Shown in pieces: positions 9,554 through 19,123 of a stretch of DNA of 64,000 bases. The notes under the pieces were generated by a model. It did not search any database. It was given only the letters and a program-made list of their open reading frames with translations, and had not been told where the DNA came from. The DNA comes from an uncultured Solirubrobacterales bacterium. GTDB taxonomy: Bacteria; Actinomycetota; Thermoleophilia; Solirubrobacterales; Solirubrobacteraceae. Location of the stretch: assembly GCA_963770885.1 (NCBI GenBank), contig CAVYRI010000002.1:29265-93264 (forward strand). The letters run 5' to 3'. A program made the position numbers and the translations under genes. Positions within the stretch are counted from its first letter, which is position 1, and each line of letters begins with the position of its first letter.

Positions 9554-10425
9554 TGGCGCTCGTGTTCGTCGAGAGCTCCGATGACGAGCTCTCCCAGCAG
9601 GCGGTCGCGCTGGCCCGAACGCTCGGTGACGGGGTCGACGCCGTCTCGATCGACTCAGCCGCTCCGTACGCGCCCGCCGCTTGGGCGCAGACGCTCGTCG
9701 AGCTGATCGAGCAGCGGTCGCCGACCGCCGTCGTCGGACCCGGAAGCGACCGTGGCAATGAGATCCTCGCCCACGTAGCCGCCAAGCTCGACCAGCCGAT
9801 GGCGGCCAACTGCATCTCGGTCACCACCGGCGACCCGGCGTCGGTGACCCGGGTGCGCTGGGGCGGCAGCCTGCTCGAGGAGGCGCGCCTGGACGGATCG
9901 CCACTGCTTCTGACCAGCGCGCCCCACGCTGTCGCGGCCGAGCCGATCGGCCAGCTGGAGACCATCGCCGTCGCGGGATCGGCGTCCGAGCTCGACAACG
10001 CAGCGCGGGTCGTCGAGCACCTGACCGCTGAGACCTCGGGCGTGTCATTGGCCGACGCCGACGTGGTCGTCTCGGGCGGCCGCGGGGTCGGGTCGGCGGA
10101 GGGCTTCTCGGTGATCGAGGAACTGGCGGCGCTGCTCGGCGGCGCGGTCGGCTGCTCACGCGCGGTCACCAGCGCCGGCTGGCGACCCCACACCGATCAG
10201 GTCGGGCAGACGGGCACCAAGATCTCGCCCGAGATCTACATCGCATGTGGGATCAGCGGCGCGACCCAGCACATGGCCGGCTGCAAGGGCGCCAAACGCC
10301 TGCTGGCGATCAACCCCGACGGCGAGGCGTCGATCTTCGCCAGCGCCGACTACGCCGTGATCGGGGATCTGCACGAGGTGGTGCCGGCGATCTCCGCCGA
10401 GATCAGGAAGGCGAGAGACTCATAG
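9553..10425 (+). CDS. etfA: electron transfer flavoprotein subunit alpha
   Basis: VVVSGGRGVG, GCSRAV, QVGQTG, YIACGISGATQHMAG, AINPD FAD-binding motifs. Confidence 0.93.
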   Translation: MALVFVESSDDELSQQAVALARTLGDGVDAVSIDSAAPYAPAAWAQTLVELIEQRSPTAVVGPGSDRGNEILAHVAAKLDQPMAANCISVTTGDPASVTRVRWGGSLLEEARLDGSPLLLTSAPHAVAAEPIGQLETIAVAGSASELDNAARVVEHLTAETSGVSLADADVVVSGGRGVGSAEGFSVIEELAALLGGAVGCSRAVTSAGWRPHTDQVGQTGTKISPEIYIACGISGATQHMAGCKGAKRLLAINPDGEASIFASADYAVIGDLHEVVPAISAEIRKARDS

Positions 10426-10430
10426 GTGTC

Positions 10431-12425
10431 GTGATCGCCGCGATCGTGCTCGCCGCGTTGATCGTGGTGAGCGCGACGTTGTTCGCGATTCGTGTCGGCT
10501 TCCTACTCGGACTGGTCCGGGCGGCCGCGCCGGTGAATCGCTCCGGCGATCTCGAGCGGCGGGTCAGCCACGAGGCGACGATCGTCCTCGGACAGCGCAA
10601 GCTGCTCCAGCGACTCGGCCCCGGCCTGATCCACGCGTTCATCTTCTGGGGCTTCCTGGTGCTGGTTCCGACGATCCTGATCGCGCTGATCGGAGTCGTA
10701 GACAAGCACTCGACGCTCCCGTGGCTCGGCCATCAGGGCTGGTTCGCGCTGCTGGCCGACGTGTTCGCGACGCTTGTGCTGGTCGGCTGCGCGGGGGCGG
10801 TCTGGATCCGCAAGGTCCAGCGCCCCGGGCGCTTTGAGGGCAGCCATCTGGGCGAGGCCGACCTGATCCTCGCCCTGATCGCGACGATCGCGACGACGCT
10901 GCTGCTGTGGCAGGCGTGCCGGATCGCGCTCGGACTGAACGAGTGGCCGGCCGGTTGGGCCCCGGTGTCGGACCTGCTCTCGAAGCTGTTCGCCGACAAC
11001 GGATTGACACGCGTGCTCGAGCGGGTGTTCGTGTGGCTGCACGTGTGCACGATCCTGTTCTTCCTCGCCTACCTGCCGCGCTCCAAGCACCTGCACATCT
11101 TCAGCGCCGCGTTCAACGTCTGGTTCGGCCGCACGGGTCCAGGCGGCCGGCTGGAGACGTTGCGCTTCGACGATCCCGATGTGCCCGAGGAGGAGATCCG
11201 GTTCGGCGCCGGGACGGCCGCCGATCTGACCTGGAAGCAGGTTCTGGACACGTTCTCGTGCACCGAGTGCGGCCGCTGCCAGGACGCGTGCCCGGCGTTC
11301 GCAACCGGCAAGCTGCTGTCACCGAAGCTGGTGATCATGGGGCTGCGCGACCAGCTGTTCGCCGACGGCGGCACGATCGTGGCGGCCGCCGGGCACGAGG
11401 GGGAGGCGCCCGAGCTCGCGAGCTTGGTCGGCGATGCCGTACCTGAGGAGTCTGTCTGGGACTGCGTCACCTGCGGGGCGTGTGTGCAGGCCTGCCCGGT
11501 GTCGATCGAGCACGTCGACCACATCGTCGATCTGCGCCGCCACCTGGTGATGGTCGAGTCGAGCTTTCCCGCGGAGGCCGAGCCGATGCTGCGCGACGTC
11601 GAGCGGGCCGGCAACCCATGGGGCAAGGCACAGTCCGAGCGGGCCGATTGGGCCGCCGACCTGGGAGTCCGGGTTCTGGAGCCGGGCGACCCGGCGCCCG
11701 AGTACCTGTACTGGGTCGGATGCGCGACCTCATTTGATGAGCGCGCGCGCAGAACCGGCGAGGCGACCGCGAAGCTGCTGCGCAAGGCGGGCGTCGACTT
11801 CGCGATCCTCGGTCCGCGGGAGGCCTGCACCGGTGACCCGGCCCGGAGGATCGGCAACGAGTATGTCTTTCAGGCGTACGCCGAGCAGAACGTCCAGACG
11901 CTCAACGAAGCGGGGGTGACGAAGATCATCACCGGCTGTCCGCACTGCTTCAACACGCTCGGTAACGAATACCCAGACTTCGGCGGCCACTACGAGGTGA
12001 TCCATCATTCAGAGCTGCTGGCGCGGCTGGTGGCCGACGGGCGCCTGGCGCCCAAGCGCGACCAGGGGCTGAGCATCACCTACCACGACTCCTGCTACCT
12101 GGCGCGCCACAATGACGTGCTCGCTCCGCCGCGGGATCTCGTGGCCGCGGTCGGCGAGCCAGTGGAGATGGAGCGCAGCGGCAAGTCGACGTTCTGCTGT
12201 GGAGCGGGCGGCGCTCACATGTGGATGGAGGAGCGCGCCAAGCCGATCAACGAGAACCGGGTCCGCGAGGCGGCCGGGACGGGTGCGCAGACGCTCGCGG
12301 TTGCGTGCCCGTTCTGCACCGTGATGCTCGATGACGGGGTCCAGAGCGCAGGCGAGGAGCTGCGTGTGGTCGACGTCGCGACGCTGCTCGACGAGGCGAC
12401 GTCAGGGGACGTGGACGGCGGCTAG
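10431..12425 (+). CDS. membrane-bound Fe-S oxidoreductase, FadF/EtfD (ETF:menaquinone oxidoreductase) type
   Basis: N-terminal TM helices with conserved His (HAFIFWGF, HVC, SKHLHI), two CxxCxxCxxxCP motifs (CTECGRCQDACP, CVTCGACVQACP), two CCG domains (GCPHC, CCGAGG); start uncertain (GTG 10431). Confidence 0.85.
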   Translation: MIAAIVLAALIVVSATLFAIRVGFLLGLVRAAAPVNRSGDLERRVSHEATIVLGQRKLLQRLGPGLIHAFIFWGFLVLVPTILIALIGVVDKHSTLPWLGHQGWFALLADVFATLVLVGCAGAVWIRKVQRPGRFEGSHLGEADLILALIATIATTLLLWQACRIALGLNEWPAGWAPVSDLLSKLFADNGLTRVLERVFVWLHVCTILFFLAYLPRSKHLHIFSAAFNVWFGRTGPGGRLETLRFDDPDVPEEEIRFGAGTAADLTWKQVLDTFSCTECGRCQDACPAFATGKLLSPKLVIMGLRDQLFADGGTIVAAAGHEGEAPELASLVGDAVPEESVWDCVTCGACVQACPVSIEHVDHIVDLRRHLVMVESSFPAEAEPMLRDVERAGNPWGKAQSERADWAADLGVRVLEPGDPAPEYLYWVGCATSFDERARRTGEATAKLLRKAGVDFAILGPREACTGDPARRIGNEYVFQAYAEQNVQTLNEAGVTKIITGCPHCFNTLGNEYPDFGGHYEVIHHSELLARLVADGRLAPKRDQGLSITYHDSCYLARHNDVLAPPRDLVAAVGEPVEMERSGKSTFCCGAGGAHMWMEERAKPINENRVREAAGTGAQTLAVACPFCTVMLDDGVQSAGEELRVVDVATLLDEATSGDVDGG

Positions 12426-12989
12426 CAACGCCGCGTAGGACCGAACCAGCGCTGCTCGCTCGTCGTCGACCAGCGGGCTCTCCAGGTCACAGCCCTCCTT
12501 GACCCAGCGATCGGAGAGCCGCATCGCCAGCGCCCGCTGCTCGGCCGCCAGCCGGACGGTTGGCTCGGGCACCCCGTAGGCGTAGGCGTAAAGCTTGGCC
12601 AGCGCGGCGATCAGCGCCTGCTCGTCGAGATCGGAGCCGTGGCGCTGGTGCTCGCGGTGGATCCGCCACCAGTCGACCTCGAGCTCGGCCGCCACCTTGG
12701 GGTCATATCCCTCACCGTGCTCGCGTTTGACCAGCGCGTAGAAGCGCTCCATCGCACCCCGCGCGCCGTCGGGGTCGTTGTCGGTAGGCGGCGCCCAGAG
12801 CTGATTTGCACGCAGCACGAGCCACGCCCCCTGAAAGGTCGCCGGCCAGGGAAGCCCGAAGGCCTGGCGGGTCACGAGCACGGCGGCGCGCAGGAACTTC
12901 AGCCACTCGCGGCGGTAGTAGGAGACCCATGTGACGGTCTCGAGCCGGCCCACCCGGTTTGGGTCAAACGATCGGTGCGGCGCGCTCAC
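12402..12989 (-). CDS. conserved hypothetical protein, last gene of the corrinoid operon
   Basis: 195 aa, GTG start overlapping upstream stop, helical soluble sequence with normal high-GC codon use. Confidence 0.7.
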   Translation of the reverse strand: MSAPHRSFDPNRVGRLETVTWVSYYRREWLKFLRAAVLVTRQAFGLPWPATFQGAWLVLRANQLWAPPTDNDPDGARGAMERFYALVKREHGEGYDPKVAAELEVDWWRIHREHQRHGSDLDEQALIAALAKLYAYAYGVPEPTVRLAAEQRALAMRLSDRWVKEGCDLESPLVDDERAALVRSYAALLAAVHVP

Positions 12990-13547
12990 GGGGTGAGCAG
13001 CTCCTCGAGCGCACGCTCGAGGCCCGCGGTGCCGACCTGGCGCACCTCGAGCGGGAGCCCGAGCCGCTCGGCGGCCGAGACCGCGCAGGCCCGCGTGGCC
13101 GCTGTCGGGCGCTGGGCGAGCCAGACGACGCGCGTGTAGTTGCGAAAGTACTCGTCGCGCAGCTCGGGGTAACGGTCGAGTCCCAGCTCGCGGACCACGG
13201 TGTGCTCGAACGTTCGGGCGAGGAAGTCGGTCAGAAAGTACGTCCCCGGCTCCTGGGCCAGCGCCTCGGCGACCTCATCGCGCGCGAACACGTCGTAGCA
13301 GTGATCGCCGGCCAGCCGGGGCAGCCCGAGCTCGTCGAGCGCGCCGTGGGTTCCGCAGTCGGCGTACGCGAGCGCGACCGCGTCGTGGCGCGCGACGCAG
13401 CTCTGCGACCGCGGGCGCGATCCGCTCGGGGTGGTTGTGCAACATCGCGTCGACCGGCAGTACCTCGACGTCCCAGCCGCGCCGCCGGGCGATCGCGCGG
13501 ACGTCAAACGCCAGCGCCCCGCATCCGATGACTGCGGCCGAGGTCAC
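12986..13547 (-). pseudogene. DUF1638 domain protein, +1 frameshift near 13397
   Basis: Frame 1 VIGCGALA...MLHNHPERI; frame 2 AYADCGTHGALD...HCYDVFA...YFLTDFL...YFRNYTRVVWL, the DUF1638 pattern. Confidence 0.8.
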
Positions 13548-15437
13548 CCGGGAAACGCGAGCTGGTCGATGAACAGATCGTTGAAGTCCGCCCGCCCCGA
13601 CAGCTCGACGTACTCGACCTCGCGCAGGATCGACTGGGCCTCGGCGCGCTCGCGCAGTGAGAGCGCTGCGATCTTGGCGCCCTCGCCCGCGACGTTTCCG
13701 GCCGAGATGATCCGCGGCAGCGCCAGCTTTGGCACCAGCCCGATCCGGATCGCGCTCAGCGGCGTCAGGTAGGCGCCGAAGCTTCCCGCCAGCAGGACCT
13801 GCGTGATCTCGGAGGCGTCGACGCCCAGGTCGGACAGGAGGATGTTCCAGCCGGTCGCGATCGACGCCTTGGCGAACTGAAGCTCGCGCACATCGCGCTG
13901 GGAGAGGAACACCGAGTTGGCCGGGTCATCGTCGCGCCAGTGCAGCACGAACACGCGCTCCTCGCCGATCTTGGTCAGCCGTGAAGCGAGACCGGGCAAC
14001 TTCTCGGCCGCGTCCTCGTCGGCCATGAACCGGCCCGAGTGGTCGAGCAGCCCGGCGTGGGCGAGCTCGGCGACCGCGTCGACGAGGCCCGAGCCGCACA
14101 TACCGACCGGCTCGACGTCACCGATCACGTCGAGCTTGAGCGCCTCCTGCTCGATCTGGACGCCCTCGATCGCGCCCTCCGCGGCTCGCATCCCGCACCG
14201 GATCTGGGCCGCCTCAAACGCGGGCCCGGCCGGCGCCGCGGTCGCCAGCACCCGATCGACTGACCCGAGGGCGATCTCGCTGTTGGTGCCGACGTCGATG
14301 AACAGGCGCAGCCGACGGTCGCGGGTCAGGCCCGTGGCGAGCATCCCGGCGACGATGTCACCGCCGACGTAGGCGCCCAGTGACGGGAACACGAACGCGG
14401 GCGCGCGTGGATGGATCTCGACGCCGAACTCGCTCGCGCGGACCGGCGGAAACTCGTGTGTCGCAACCACGAACGGCGCCATCGACAGCGGCTCGGGGTC
14501 GATGCCGAGCGCGAGCTGCATCATCGTCACGTTGCCGCAGACGGTGATCTCATAGACCTCCGCGCGGCTGCACCTCGCCCTCGACGAGCACCTCCTGGCA
14601 GAGCGTGCTGACCGTCTCGTGGGCTCGATCGCGCAGCGCTCCGAGTGCCAGCTCATCCATCATCGTCGAAGAGATGCGGGTGATCACGTCGGCGCCGTAG
14701 GGCTGCTGGCGGTTGAGCATCGAGCGCACGGCGACCGGCTGCCCGGTCTCGAGGTCGAGCAGCGTTGCGACGACGGTCGTCGTGCCGAGGTCAAACGCGA
14801 TCGCAAACCGGCGTGTGCTCGTGTCACCGGGCTCGAGGTCGATCAGCTCCTCGTCGCAGACGACCGCGGTGACGTCGAAATGGGCCTTGCGCAGGGTTCC
14901 GCCAAGCGTGCGCAGCAACTCGACCGACGCGTGGGGCTCGAGGTCGTCGAGCGCGTCGAGCACGCGCTGCAGATCGGGCCGCTGATCCTCGAGTGACGGC
15001 TCTTCGAGCACCAGGTGGCGCTTCTGCACGCTCGGACGCAGGATCACATGTCGCCCGACGCCTACGAGCGCCGCCTTGGGCCTGGTCTGAAGCGGCGGCA
15101 CCTCGACCACGAGGTCGGCCTGTGCGCTCGCGCGGCAGGCGAGACGCCAGCCGTCGCGCAGCTCGTCGGTCGTGAATGCACGCGGGTCGACGGTCCCGAC
15201 CGGAACGTCTCCCGACACGATCCGAACCTTGCACTTCTTGCAGGTGCCGTGGCCGCCGCAGGTCGAGTCGATCGCGATCCCATTCCAGCTCGCGGCGTCG
15301 AAGATCGGCGTGCCGCTCGGCACCCGGACCTCGTTGCCGTCAGGCAGGAACCGCAGCCGGACCCGGGCGGCTCCGTCTTGCTCGCCCGCCGGCAGCTCGC
15401 GCTCGCGGGCGAGCCGCTTGGGTGCCGAGGCACTCAC
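13544..15437 (-). pseudogene. ASKHA-domain reductive activator of corrinoid proteins (RACo, DUF4445) with N-terminal 2Fe-2S ferredoxin, +1 frameshift near 14561
   Basis: CGGHGTCKKC...RLAC 2Fe-2S; DLGTTT, NRQQPYGADVITR, GNVTM, GAYVGGDIVAG, DVGTNSE, AGPAFE, CGSGLVD, LAGSFG; frames join at VQPR/EVYEIT. Confidence 0.88.
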
Positions 15438-16303
15438 GCGGTAGCTGCCTCCTTGGCGGCCGCCTCGCGCGCCCGGTGGGCGGCGATCCAGCTCGTGCCC
15501 CAGGGGTCGTGGCCGAGCAGCAGGTCTGCCGCTCGCACCGACTGCACGCACACCTCGGCGGTCGACATGATCGCGCTCGTCAGACCGGCGGCCATCGCCA
15601 TCGGCAAAAAGCCGGCGTTGAGCACATGGCGCTGGGGGAGGCCGAAGGACACGTTCGACGCGCCGAGGCACATGTTGACCCCGAGCTCGTCACGGATCAG
15701 CGAGATCGTCGCGAGCGTGGTCGTGACCGCCTCGGTGTCGGCGCCGACCGTCATCGCGAGCGGGTCGATGATCACGTCCTCGGTCGCGATCCCGTGGTCG
15801 TTGGCGGCGCCGACGATCTTGCGCGCGCACTCGAGGCGCTTGTGGGGGGTCTCCGGGATCCCGGTCTCGTCGTTGGCCAGCCCGATCACGGCCGCGTCGT
15901 GCCGGGCGACCAGCGGCAGGATCTCGTCCAGGCGCTCGTCCTCGGCGGTCACCGAGTTGACCAGCGCACGGCCCTCGTAGACCGACAGACCGGCCTCGAG
16001 CGCCTCGATCACCGAGGAGTCGATGCAGATCGGCACGTCGACCGCTTCCTGGACGGTCTTGAGCATCGACTTCAGCAGCTCGGGCTCGTCGACGAGCGGG
16101 ATTCCGGCGTTGACGTCGAGCATGTTGGCGCCGGCCTGAAACTGGTTGACGGCGTCGAGCGTCACCGTCGAGAGGTCCCCGCCGCGAAGCTCCTCGGCGA
16201 ACTTCTTGCGACCGGTCGGGTTGATCCGCTCGCCGATCACGCAGAAGGGCTGTTCGGCCCCAATCGTGACGCTACTGGAGCGCGACCGAAGCACTGTGTC
16301 CAT
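15434..16303 (-). CDS. methyltetrahydrofolate:corrinoid methyltransferase (MeTr, pterin-binding/DHPS fold)
   Basis: IGERINPTGRK, LDVNAG, IDSS, LVNSV, IIDPL, GASNVSFGLP; ATG at 16303. Confidence 0.88.
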   Translation of the reverse strand: MDTVLRSRSSSVTIGAEQPFCVIGERINPTGRKKFAEELRGGDLSTVTLDAVNQFQAGANMLDVNAGIPLVDEPELLKSMLKTVQEAVDVPICIDSSVIEALEAGLSVYEGRALVNSVTAEDERLDEILPLVARHDAAVIGLANDETGIPETPHKRLECARKIVGAANDHGIATEDVIIDPLAMTVGADTEAVTTTLATISLIRDELGVNMCLGASNVSFGLPQRHVLNAGFLPMAMAAGLTSAIMSTAEVCVQSVRAADLLLGHDPWGTSWIAAHRAREAAAKEAATA

Positions 16304-17213
16304 TGGTCTCTCTTTCGAGTCGTGGTCGGATCCCCAGCCGCGTGCAGAGCTTCGCGATACCGGCGTCCTTGCGGAAGGAGATGAAGTGAAGTCCGGCGAC
16401 GCCCGGCTGGGCGAGCGCGTGTGAGGCGAGCTCGTAGGCGATCTCGAAGCACTCGTGCTCGGGGTCGGAAGCCTGCTCGACGCGCGCCACCGTCTCCGGC
16501 GGCACATCGATGCCCGGCACCTTGGAGGCGACGAAACGCATCCCGCCGACGGTGCGCAGGATGCAGATCGACGGGATCAGCGCGATCCGCTCGGTCAGCC
16601 CGGTTTCGTGTGCGACATGCATGAACGACTCGAGCTGCTCGCTCCGGTAGCAGAGCTGGAGCTGCAAAAAGCGCGCTCCCGCAAGCGCCTTCTTCGCTGC
16701 CCGCCGCACGCGGTAGTCCAGCGGCGGCGCGCTCGGGTTCTCGACTGCGCCGACGAAGAAGTGGGGCGGAGGCGAGATGCTGCGGCCCGAGAGGTACCGC
16801 CCCGATGCCAGCGAGCGCGCGATCGCGATCAGCTGGACGCCGTCGACGTCGAACACGCGGCGGGCCTCGGGCTCATCACCGGCGGTGACATCGTCTCCGG
16901 TCAGGCAGCAGACGTTCTCGATCCCGTGCATCGAGGCGCCCATCAGGTCGGCCTCGAGCGCGATCCGGTTGCGGTCGCGGCAGATCAGCTGCATCACCGG
17001 CTCGACGCCGGCCTCGCGGAGCGCGACCGAGACCGCGAGCGGCGAGCAGTGGGCGTGCGCGGAGGGATTGTCGGTCGCGTTGAAGGCGTCGACGAATGCC
17101 TGCATCGGCTCGAGCTGGCGGCGGATCTCGTCCTTGCCACCGCCGTCGATCACGGGCATCTCGGCCGTCACCACGAACTCCCTCGCGTCGAGTTTGCGCT
17201 CAAGCGCTGACAT
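16272..17213 (-). CDS. metF: methylenetetrahydrofolate reductase (MetF, acetogen/MetVF type)
   Basis: VVTAE, NATDN, QLICRDRNRIAL, LTGD, KKALAGARFLQLQ; 313 aa. Confidence 0.88.
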   Translation of the reverse strand: MSALERKLDAREFVVTAEMPVIDGGGKDEIRRQLEPMQAFVDAFNATDNPSAHAHCSPLAVSVALREAGVEPVMQLICRDRNRIALEADLMGASMHGIENVCCLTGDDVTAGDEPEARRVFDVDGVQLIAIARSLASGRYLSGRSISPPPHFFVGAVENPSAPPLDYRVRRAAKKALAGARFLQLQLCYRSEQLESFMHVAHETGLTERIALIPSICILRTVGGMRFVASKVPGIDVPPETVARVEQASDPEHECFEIAYELASHALAQPGVAGLHFISFRKDAGIAKLCTRLGIRPRLERETNGHSASVALQ

Positions 17214-17589
17214 CGACCGGCGCCTCCGGCGTCCGTCGCCACCCGGCCGGCACCTCGCGGTCGCGGCCGCTGAACAGGTTCAGCCACGCCGAGCTGCCCT
17301 GTAGCCGGTTGTCCACCGGGGGGCGGAGGTCGTCGATATGGCCGCGCCACAGTGGCAGCCGCTCAGAGCGCTCGACCGCCTTCAGCCACACGCAGCGCAT
17401 CTCCGGCTTGACCTCGCAGTTGCCGTTGGCGCGCACGCCGCCGCAGGGCCCGTTGCGCAGCATCTTGGGGCACGTCATCGGGCACGTCAGCCCGGTCGAG
17501 TGCAGCACGCACTGGCCGCACATCTGACAATCCCAGACGGGCTTTTTGACCGCGTGCTCGAGGCCGGCGACCACGCCCCTGGCGTTCAC
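17200..17589 (-). CDS. metV: MTHFR small subunit / zinc-Fe-S protein (MetV-like, MTHFR_C domain)
   Basis: DCQMCGQCVL...CPMTCPK.LRNGPCGG...CEV....CVW Cys pattern directly upstream of metF. Confidence 0.85.
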   Translation of the reverse strand: MNARGVVAGLEHAVKKPVWDCQMCGQCVLHSTGLTCPMTCPKMLRNGPCGGVRANGNCEVKPEMRCVWLKAVERSERLPLWRGHIDDLRPPVDNRLQGSSAWLNLFSGRDREVPAGWRRTPEAPVDVSA

Positions 17590-18251
17590 GCCGGTACCTT
17601 CTCCCGACGGAGCTCGATCAGTTCCTTGGCCTTCTTTACCGCCGATGACGCGTCCGCCGAGTAGCCGTCGGCGCCGACGGCGTCGGCGTACTCCTGGGTT
17701 ACCGGCGCGCCGCCGACCATCACGATCACGTCCTCGCGTATGCCCGCCTTCTCGAGCGCGTTGATGTTGGCCTTGAACATCGGCATCGTCGTCGTCAGGA
17801 AGGCCGAGAAACCGACAATGTCGGGGTTGTGCTCGCCGATCTGCTCGATGAACTTCTCCGGCGGCACGTTGACGCCGAGGTCGATGACGGTGAAGCCCGC
17901 TCCCTCGAGCATGATGTTGCAGAGGTTCTTGCCGATGTCGTGGACGTCTCCCTTGACGGTGCCCATCAGGAAGGTGCCGACCGTCCGGGTCCCGGTCTCG
18001 GCCAGCAGCGGCCGCAGGATGTCGAGCGCGCCCTGCATCGCGCGGGCCGCGATCAGCATCTCGGGGACGAAGTAGTCACCGCGCTCAAACCGCGCGCCGA
18101 CCTCCTCCAGAGACGGGATCAGGGCGTCGTAGAGCATCCGCTCGGGCTCGAGGTCTGTCTCGAGGCCCTGCTGAACGCCGTCGGTGACCGCGGGGGCATT
18201 GCCGACGAGCGTCTCTTCGTAGAGCAGTTGCAGGATCTCCTCGTGAGTCAT
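17586..18251 (-). CDS. corrinoid (B12-binding) methyl-carrier protein, MtbC/MttC-like
   Basis: GTVKGDVHDIGKNL (DxHxxG), FVPEMLIAARAM cap domain, SAFLTTT, VGGAP; 221 aa. Confidence 0.93.
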   Translation of the reverse strand: MTHEEILQLLYEETLVGNAPAVTDGVQQGLETDLEPERMLYDALIPSLEEVGARFERGDYFVPEMLIAARAMQGALDILRPLLAETGTRTVGTFLMGTVKGDVHDIGKNLCNIMLEGAGFTVIDLGVNVPPEKFIEQIGEHNPDIVGFSAFLTTTMPMFKANINALEKAGIREDVIVMVGGAPVTQEYADAVGADGYSADASSAVKKAKELIELRREKVPA

Positions 18252-19069
18252 GCGGCGTGTTCTCCTTGCTGGTCGTTGCCCAGCCGGCGGCTGAGTGCCT
18301 CCGCCTCGGCGATCAGGATCGGTTTGAGCTCGGCGATCCGAGCCGGGGTCATGCGGGTGGTCGGTCCGGAGATGCTCAGCGCGGCGACAACCTCTCCGCC
18401 CGCGCCGCGCACCGGAGCCGCGATCGCGGCGAGCCCGACCTCGAGCTCATCAACCGCGGTGGCGAACTGCTCGCGCCGGACCTCATCGAGCTGCGCGCGC
18501 AGCTGGGCTGGGTCGACGATCGTCATCGGCGTCAGCCGCTCGAGCTCGCGGGCCGGCATCGTCGCGCGGCCGAAGGCCATGAACACCTTGCCGACCGCCG
18601 TGCAGTTGTATCCGACCGACCGCCCGAGCCACTGGCCGGCGCCGAGGAAGTGCTGGCTCTCCACCTGCGCGACATGCTCGACGCCGTCGCGCGCCGGTAC
18701 GGCGAGGTTGATCGTCTCGCCACTTGTCTGGGCCAGCGAGTCCAACGACTGGCGGGCCAGCTCGACGACGCTGCGCTCGAGCATGCTGCGCTCGGCGACC
18801 CGCAGGATCGCGGGCCCCGGACGGAGCCGGCCGCGCTCGCCGTCCTGCTCGACCAGGCCGCGGCGCTCGAGCGCGCTGACCAGCCGTGAGGCGGTGCTCT
18901 TCGGGATCCCGCTTGCGGACGCCAGCTCCGACAGCGCCACCGGCTGGGCCGATTCCAGGACCCGCACGAGCAGCTCGGCGCCGCGATCGATCGCGGTGGT
19001 GCCGGGGGACGGCGTGGCCGAAGAGAGTTCCTCGGCGCCGTCTCGAGAAAGTTGGAACTGTTGTTCCAC
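18248..19069 (-). CDS. IclR family transcriptional regulator
   Basis: AIDRGAELL...LSELASASGIPKSTASRLVSAL HTH; GETINLAV, TAVGKV, DELEVGLAAIAAPV; start uncertain (GTG 19069 just after TAATAT). Confidence 0.88.
   Translation of the reverse strand: MEQQFQLSRDGAEELSSATPSPGTTAIDRGAELLVRVLESAQPVALSELASASGIPKSTASRLVSALERRGLVEQDGERGRLRPGPAILRVAERSMLERSVVELARQSLDSLAQTSGETINLAVPARDGVEHVAQVESQHFLGAGQWLGRSVGYNCTAVGKVFMAFGRATMPARELERLTPMTIVDPAQLRAQLDEVRREQFATAVDELEVGLAAIAAPVRGAGGEVVAALSISGPTTRMTPARIAELKPILIAEAEALSRRLGNDQQGEHAA
19053..19068. promoter_or_regulatory. palindrome TGGAAC-N4-GTTCCA, candidate IclR operator between divergent iclR and mttB
   Basis: perfect 6-bp arms read directly from the sequence at the divergent junction. 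Confidence 0.5.
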
Positions 19070-19123
19070 GCCGGTTATATTAGGGCCCGACACCGCTGCG
19101 TCAAGCCACAATCGGAGGAAGCC

